Origin: Macrostomum lignano
Lineage: Eukaryota
Length of the DNA stretch: 64,000 nt
Reading direction: 5' to 3'
NCBI GenBank assembly: GCA_002269645.1
Contig: NIVC01003571.1
Location: 1-64,000 of the forward strand
The position numbers and the translations under genes are program-made. The notes below the pieces were generated by a model, which did no database searches, was not told where the DNA came from, and saw only the letters and a list, made by a program, of their open reading frames with translations. Below, in pieces: positions 59,136-64,000 of the stretch. Positions within the stretch are counted from its first letter, which is position 1. The number at the start of each line of letters is the position of its first letter.

Positions 59136-61253
59136 GTCTATCATACTATATATTTGCAACCTTTAGAATCACCTGGCCATTTTTATTTATAACATATACA
59201 TGTAACTATTTAAGAGGTCTAGTGAGATTTTGAATCTTCTAAATTTCTAATTATGTAGTATGATAGATCTTGTTTGTATGAGTAAAGACACTTTACTTTT
59301 GAATTTTGGTTAAGTAATAAAAAAGTTATATCATTTTAGTGTCATATTTTTTTAAACTTCTGTAATGCATTTTTTCCCATAAGGTAGGGCCTACTGTGAT
59401 CATTTTTCTTCTAAATGTCTGATTTTCCAAGTTATAGATAATATAACTTTTAAATTATCCAATGGATTTTTATGCCTAATATCTTTTTTTAGCTTTTCTC
59501 TTTTAGATTATTTTGTATTAGTGCTTTAAAAAATACTATTGATGGTTTTTTCTCTTATTCTAAAAGTAATGAGGTGCTATAAATGGAATTTTAATCCTTA
59601 GACCACAATTATTCCTTTTATCCTTATATAAATCATCTAGGTACAACACCAAGCCAATCTAGCTGTCTGGCAAAGGGCCCAGCCAAGTTAAGTTGCAAAA
59701 ATGCCCATCTAATTAGTATTCCAAATTAGCAAAGGAGTACTAATTAGATGATAAGGTATTCACTCCTGCCATTTACCTAATTTTTTATTAGAGGCAAGGG
59801 GGTCATGTGCACCTTGGCGCACTTTAAGCGACATCAACACACAACTGGCGAGAGGCATTACTGCCCATTCCGCCTATTCTCTTGAGCAGGCATACAAGTG
59901 TGCAGATATGTATGCAGGCACACACATAGGAATGTACAGCAGCCCTAACAGCCCTAACTTTATATTATCATTAGGCATGTACACTTCACTGTGCCTTGAG
60001 GGGTTGGCTCTCAAGGCTGTAAATTGCACAAGCAGAGCCAAGCCGAGCTTCTAATTCAGCCCAAAATTAATGCGACTGCACTTGGAATCAAGCCTGGGTC
60101 ACTGGCACACCAGAGCAGCTATGCTACTACTGGGCTATAGCCCCCTTGCCATTTACCCAAACCATTGGTATTATTATTGGAGTTGTGGTAAGATCTGGCA
60201 ATGAGATCATTGTTTCTTCTTGTTTGTATGCCATTTTGGATAATAAAACAGAAGAAAAAAGAAGAAGAAAGTACATTTGCTACTAAATGGTTATGCATAC
60301 ATATTGTTGGGGGGTAATGTTTAGATAACTATGTGGATAAAAGTGGGGACCAAAAAGTAAAAATAATACAATTAAATTCTATGAAAAATTCTATATAAAA
60401 AACAGGTACCAGCAATTGGAGGTAGTAGATTCAGAAATAATTGTTTAAAGTTTTTAAATGAAATTTTACAATACATAAAAAACTTATTGCCTTTTTATCT
60501 ATTATCATCAATATTGTTTTACTACACCTCTCTCATTTTTTATGTGTTGCCACTTTTTAAAAACATTTAAAACACTTACAAAAAATATACAGCAGATTCT
60601 GGCTCGATTCTTCTTAAAGACAATGCTAATGATGATGTAGAAGTGAATTGGAATTAATTAAGAGGGATTAGAAGAGCAACTTTGGGGGAAACAGAGACTG
60701 CTCTTAGAATTTAAGATAGATTTTGGGAATAAATAGGAGTCGGGACAGGGGCAGGGATTTGCTCTAGGTTTCTTCTTAATGGCAAGCAGCTGGGATGTCA
60801 AAGTGAGTAAACCCAGGTAGCCAATGGTTGAATTTTGGCTCAGAAATCTAGATTTTAAATAGTATCAAATCCACAGATCACATGCATGATAGATTATGGC
60901 AAAACCCTTTGACCCAACCTTGACCCTTGACCACTGTAGAAGGAAGCCTTGCTAAGTGCTAATTGGAAGATCCTTGTACATAAAGGAAGATGTTTTAGGT
61001 TTTGGGATTTTAAGAAGATTGTGCAACTGTTATATAATATAGGGGCTATCACATTGCAGCTACAATTTATGTCATGTTCCAAAAATACTTGATAGCATAA
61101 AGCTTTGTGCCATAGAAGCATAATGTCATAAGATAGAGTGCAGAAGTTGGATCATTTGTGAGAGGGGTGGGTAAATAAAGAGTCTTGGAAGCAAATTGCC
61201 CAAACTACCAGCAACATGACATTGAATAATTAGTTAGTTAGTTAGTTATTTTA

Positions 61254-62800
61254 AAAGTAAAACTGCAGCAAACACAATTTTGAAAGCATTGTGTCTGCCT
61301 TGTGTGAGCTTAGCTTTGTCAGTAGCATGCCACTTGCAGAGAAAGCAGATTTGGCTTCAAGGCTAGTAGGTAGAATAGAGTGCATTGCAGTATAAAGCCT
61401 GTCAAGCCCTATGCCACACTGGCCAATAGTGCGCAAAAAATATATTTTGCAGCCAATCATGCGCTTGACATCAGTATTGGGACAATTATTGGCTTTTAAC
61501 TCACAGCACAATTTCGAAGTGCAACTTCAAACTGCTCTTCCATTGGGATGGCTCTGTCAATAGATGCAAAAAGGTTAAAAAATGCTACTTACTAATATGC
61601 TATACTTACTAGTACAAACTATATAATTTTACTTATTTAGCAAGTAATTTACCTAATTTTGACATCAGGTTCATTCTAACCTGTTGTGCTTAAGCATCAT
61701 CCTAAAGCAGATCAAGTCTTTCAGCATCAAAACAAGTGTGTACTTTGCTGCATTCAGTTTAGCTGCACTTCTGACTTTGCCATTTCAATGAAGAAACTGT
61801 GCAGCCCGGGTGGTGCTACTTCAATGCTGTAAAAACAATTGTGCAGTGCTTCTAGCAAACGAATGGACAGACTAGTTCCCTGCTGTCATAGCTCTAAGAT
61901 GGCATAATTGATAGAGGCATCTGCCTGAATGAGTGTGCAGTCTCGTTGAGAAAGTGCCTTGATGACAAGTTGCAATGGCTTCAGTGTGGCACTCAGTTCC
62001 CTCAATCATTCAATTTCACTTCGGTAGAATTATGCTTTGATGCCAAAGTGCAACATAGTGCTCTGAAGAGGCTTTAGTAGCAATAGGAACCGATCAACCA
62101 TTATTAAAAGCAAATTCCAGAGTGTTTTTACAATGAGTAACAGACACAGTGGCCATCCAAGTTCCACCTAGACAAACATCTGCAGGTGTCATTTCGGACA
62201 AGGGCTTGTCAAAATATGAAAATGCACTTTCTTATTTGCTGAAAAACTTGATCAATGGCATAATCAAATTGGACATCATCACCATTGTTGTCCTGTATAT
62301 CCTAGTCAACAGTCTCATCAGCGTCAGTTTCTTCATCTTCACTAGCACCTTGCTCAAAATCATCATTGGTGAAGTCTGCAACTGCAGCAACATTCTCATT
62401 TGCAGAAAAAATATCATTGCTAGTATCTGCAGCATTTCTTGCATAAAGGATATCGCAGGTAGCCAGATGTATACCATGAGCATGGCATATCTGATGTTCA
62501 ACATTAAGCAACTTAGCAAATTTGACTATTATAGAAGCGCCATCAGTTGTGGCAACAACTATGTCGTGCTCTGTATTATACACTTCCAAATTCCTAAAGT
62601 CGAGTTCGCAAAAGTAGCATACAGATTTCTGTAATCATTAAACCTTTGATACGAAGTAGTCCAAGATGATAAACTTGCTTATCAGTTGTGTGAATATTGA
62701 TATTCATGAAGCGCCTATTGTTAATTGCAGTCCACTCATCAATTGTAAGTGAATAATGCTCACATTGCATCTTTCTGGCATTCAAATCTGGCATTCAAAT
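61254..62800 (-). pseudogene. hAT transposase relic
   Basis: SLTIDEWTAINNRRFMNINIH, TTDGAS, CHAHGIHL, KTLWNLLLIMVDRF, C-terminal PTSLEAKSAFSASG...LCLLQFYF; multiple frameshifts; element ends not identified. Confidence 0.85.
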
Positions 62801-62999
62801 GCTTTTTCGAGTAATAGGCTACAATTGAGCTTTAGATATACAAATTCTTCTTAGGATTCAAAATTGGCCAGAAAGATTATGTGATCAAAGCAGTTAGCTA
62901 ATGGCCCTTGGAATGGCCCATGAGTACTATGTCCCAGAACTGGATTTTGAAGCAACAGTTGGCACTTGGAAGACTTTTATCTCCAAGGGCCAGATAAAG

Positions 63000-63172
63000 A
63001 ATCCAGCTCATGCTACAAACTAGATAAGAGTTGAAAGGAGATAAGATAAAAGATAAAAGAGGAGAGATAAGAGAAAAGGAGAGAGAATGTAAAATAAATT
63101 ATAGAAGATAGAGAAGGGAGAAGAAAGAAAAGATAAAAGAGTAGAGATGAAAGAGGAAAAAGGAGAGATTAG
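63000..63172. repeat. Purine-rich (GA/GAA) low-complexity tract
   Basis: AAGAG/GATAA-rich run. Confidence 0.7.
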
Positions 63173-64000
63173 AAACTGTCTAACAGTTTCATTCCTGATT
63201 GAGTTACAGAGTTGAGACTTTATATTTAGATAAAGACTAGCAATCTATGCCCACCCTTTGGGGTGCCAAATAAGCAAGAGACAAATTGAAACAGTTTTAT
63301 TAAGTTTTCCTATTGTTACATATTAAATATGTTGAGGAAAATGTAATATACAAATCTTTTCTATACTCACAAAAGGTTATTTGGTTGCTATAATCTCTTT
63401 GAGATTTTTTTATTAGAATTATATAGCATAAAAATTACACATTTCATGCACATTTGTACAACACAATGTAACATCCATAAGAATGCAGTGTTAAGTATTT
63501 AAACAAAGATAAGTAGACTTGCCACACAGAAAGAAAAGTTTATCTATGAAAAGAGAAAACATGGTCAGTTAAGTCATTTTTTAAATAGTAACCTAGAGAT
63601 TAGTCAATTTTTTTACATACACATTGGTTAATGACAACTTGCATTGAATTTAATTTGCGCTGAAAATTGTTGTTTAATATATTAATGCCCTACCATAACT
63701 ATACATATAGAATAAACTGCATGATGTGTACTAAAATGAACAATATTTTGTACTCCAGTGGTCCTTGAAACAGATTTTATGAAAAATTATAATGGCGACA
63801 ACAAATAGATATTGATTCTTGAATCTTGATTTAATGCGTATGCATAAAACTCTTCAAAGTTTCTTTCACCTTACATCAAATCTCCATTTTAAGTCAGGTT
63901 AATAATGCATGAACCTAGTAGCTAAATTCAGTGGTGACTGCAACTTATACAAAAACTGATATCAGCAATAAAGGACTTAAAAGGGCCTCAATTATTTCCC

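Overview
Eukaryotic (metazoan) genomic DNA; the GC-rich exons, minisatellite-packed introns and TE style resemble Macrostomum-type flatworm genomes, which is an inference only. Bases ~610-18184 hold an 11-coding-exon, minus-strand P4-ATPase (phospholipid flippase, ATP10-like, ~1235 aa). I reconstructed it exon by exon with GT-AG junctions and consistent phases. It has one 1-nt frameshift in the last visible exon, a distinct minisatellite in most introns, a solo LTR in intron 1, and a tRNA-derived SINE in intron 6 (second copy downstream of the gene). The remaining ~45 kb has no recognisable host gene and is a stack of DNA transposons: a 6.6-kb foldback/NOF-like MULE (transposase + Ulp1 protease + PHD relics), a 2.6-kb PHD-FLYWCH-MULE element with a perfect 8-bp TSD, MITEs with 8-bp TSDs, Merlin, Tc1 and hAT relics, and RTE-like fragments. 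The most striking structure is a 23.5-kb foldback unit (34227-57769) with ~8-10 kb inverted arms, CACCCGTG termini and a perfect 7-bp TSD (ACAATAA). Each arm carries its own later insertion, outward-facing telomere-like hexamers and a 30-bp G-rich VNTR at its inner edge.
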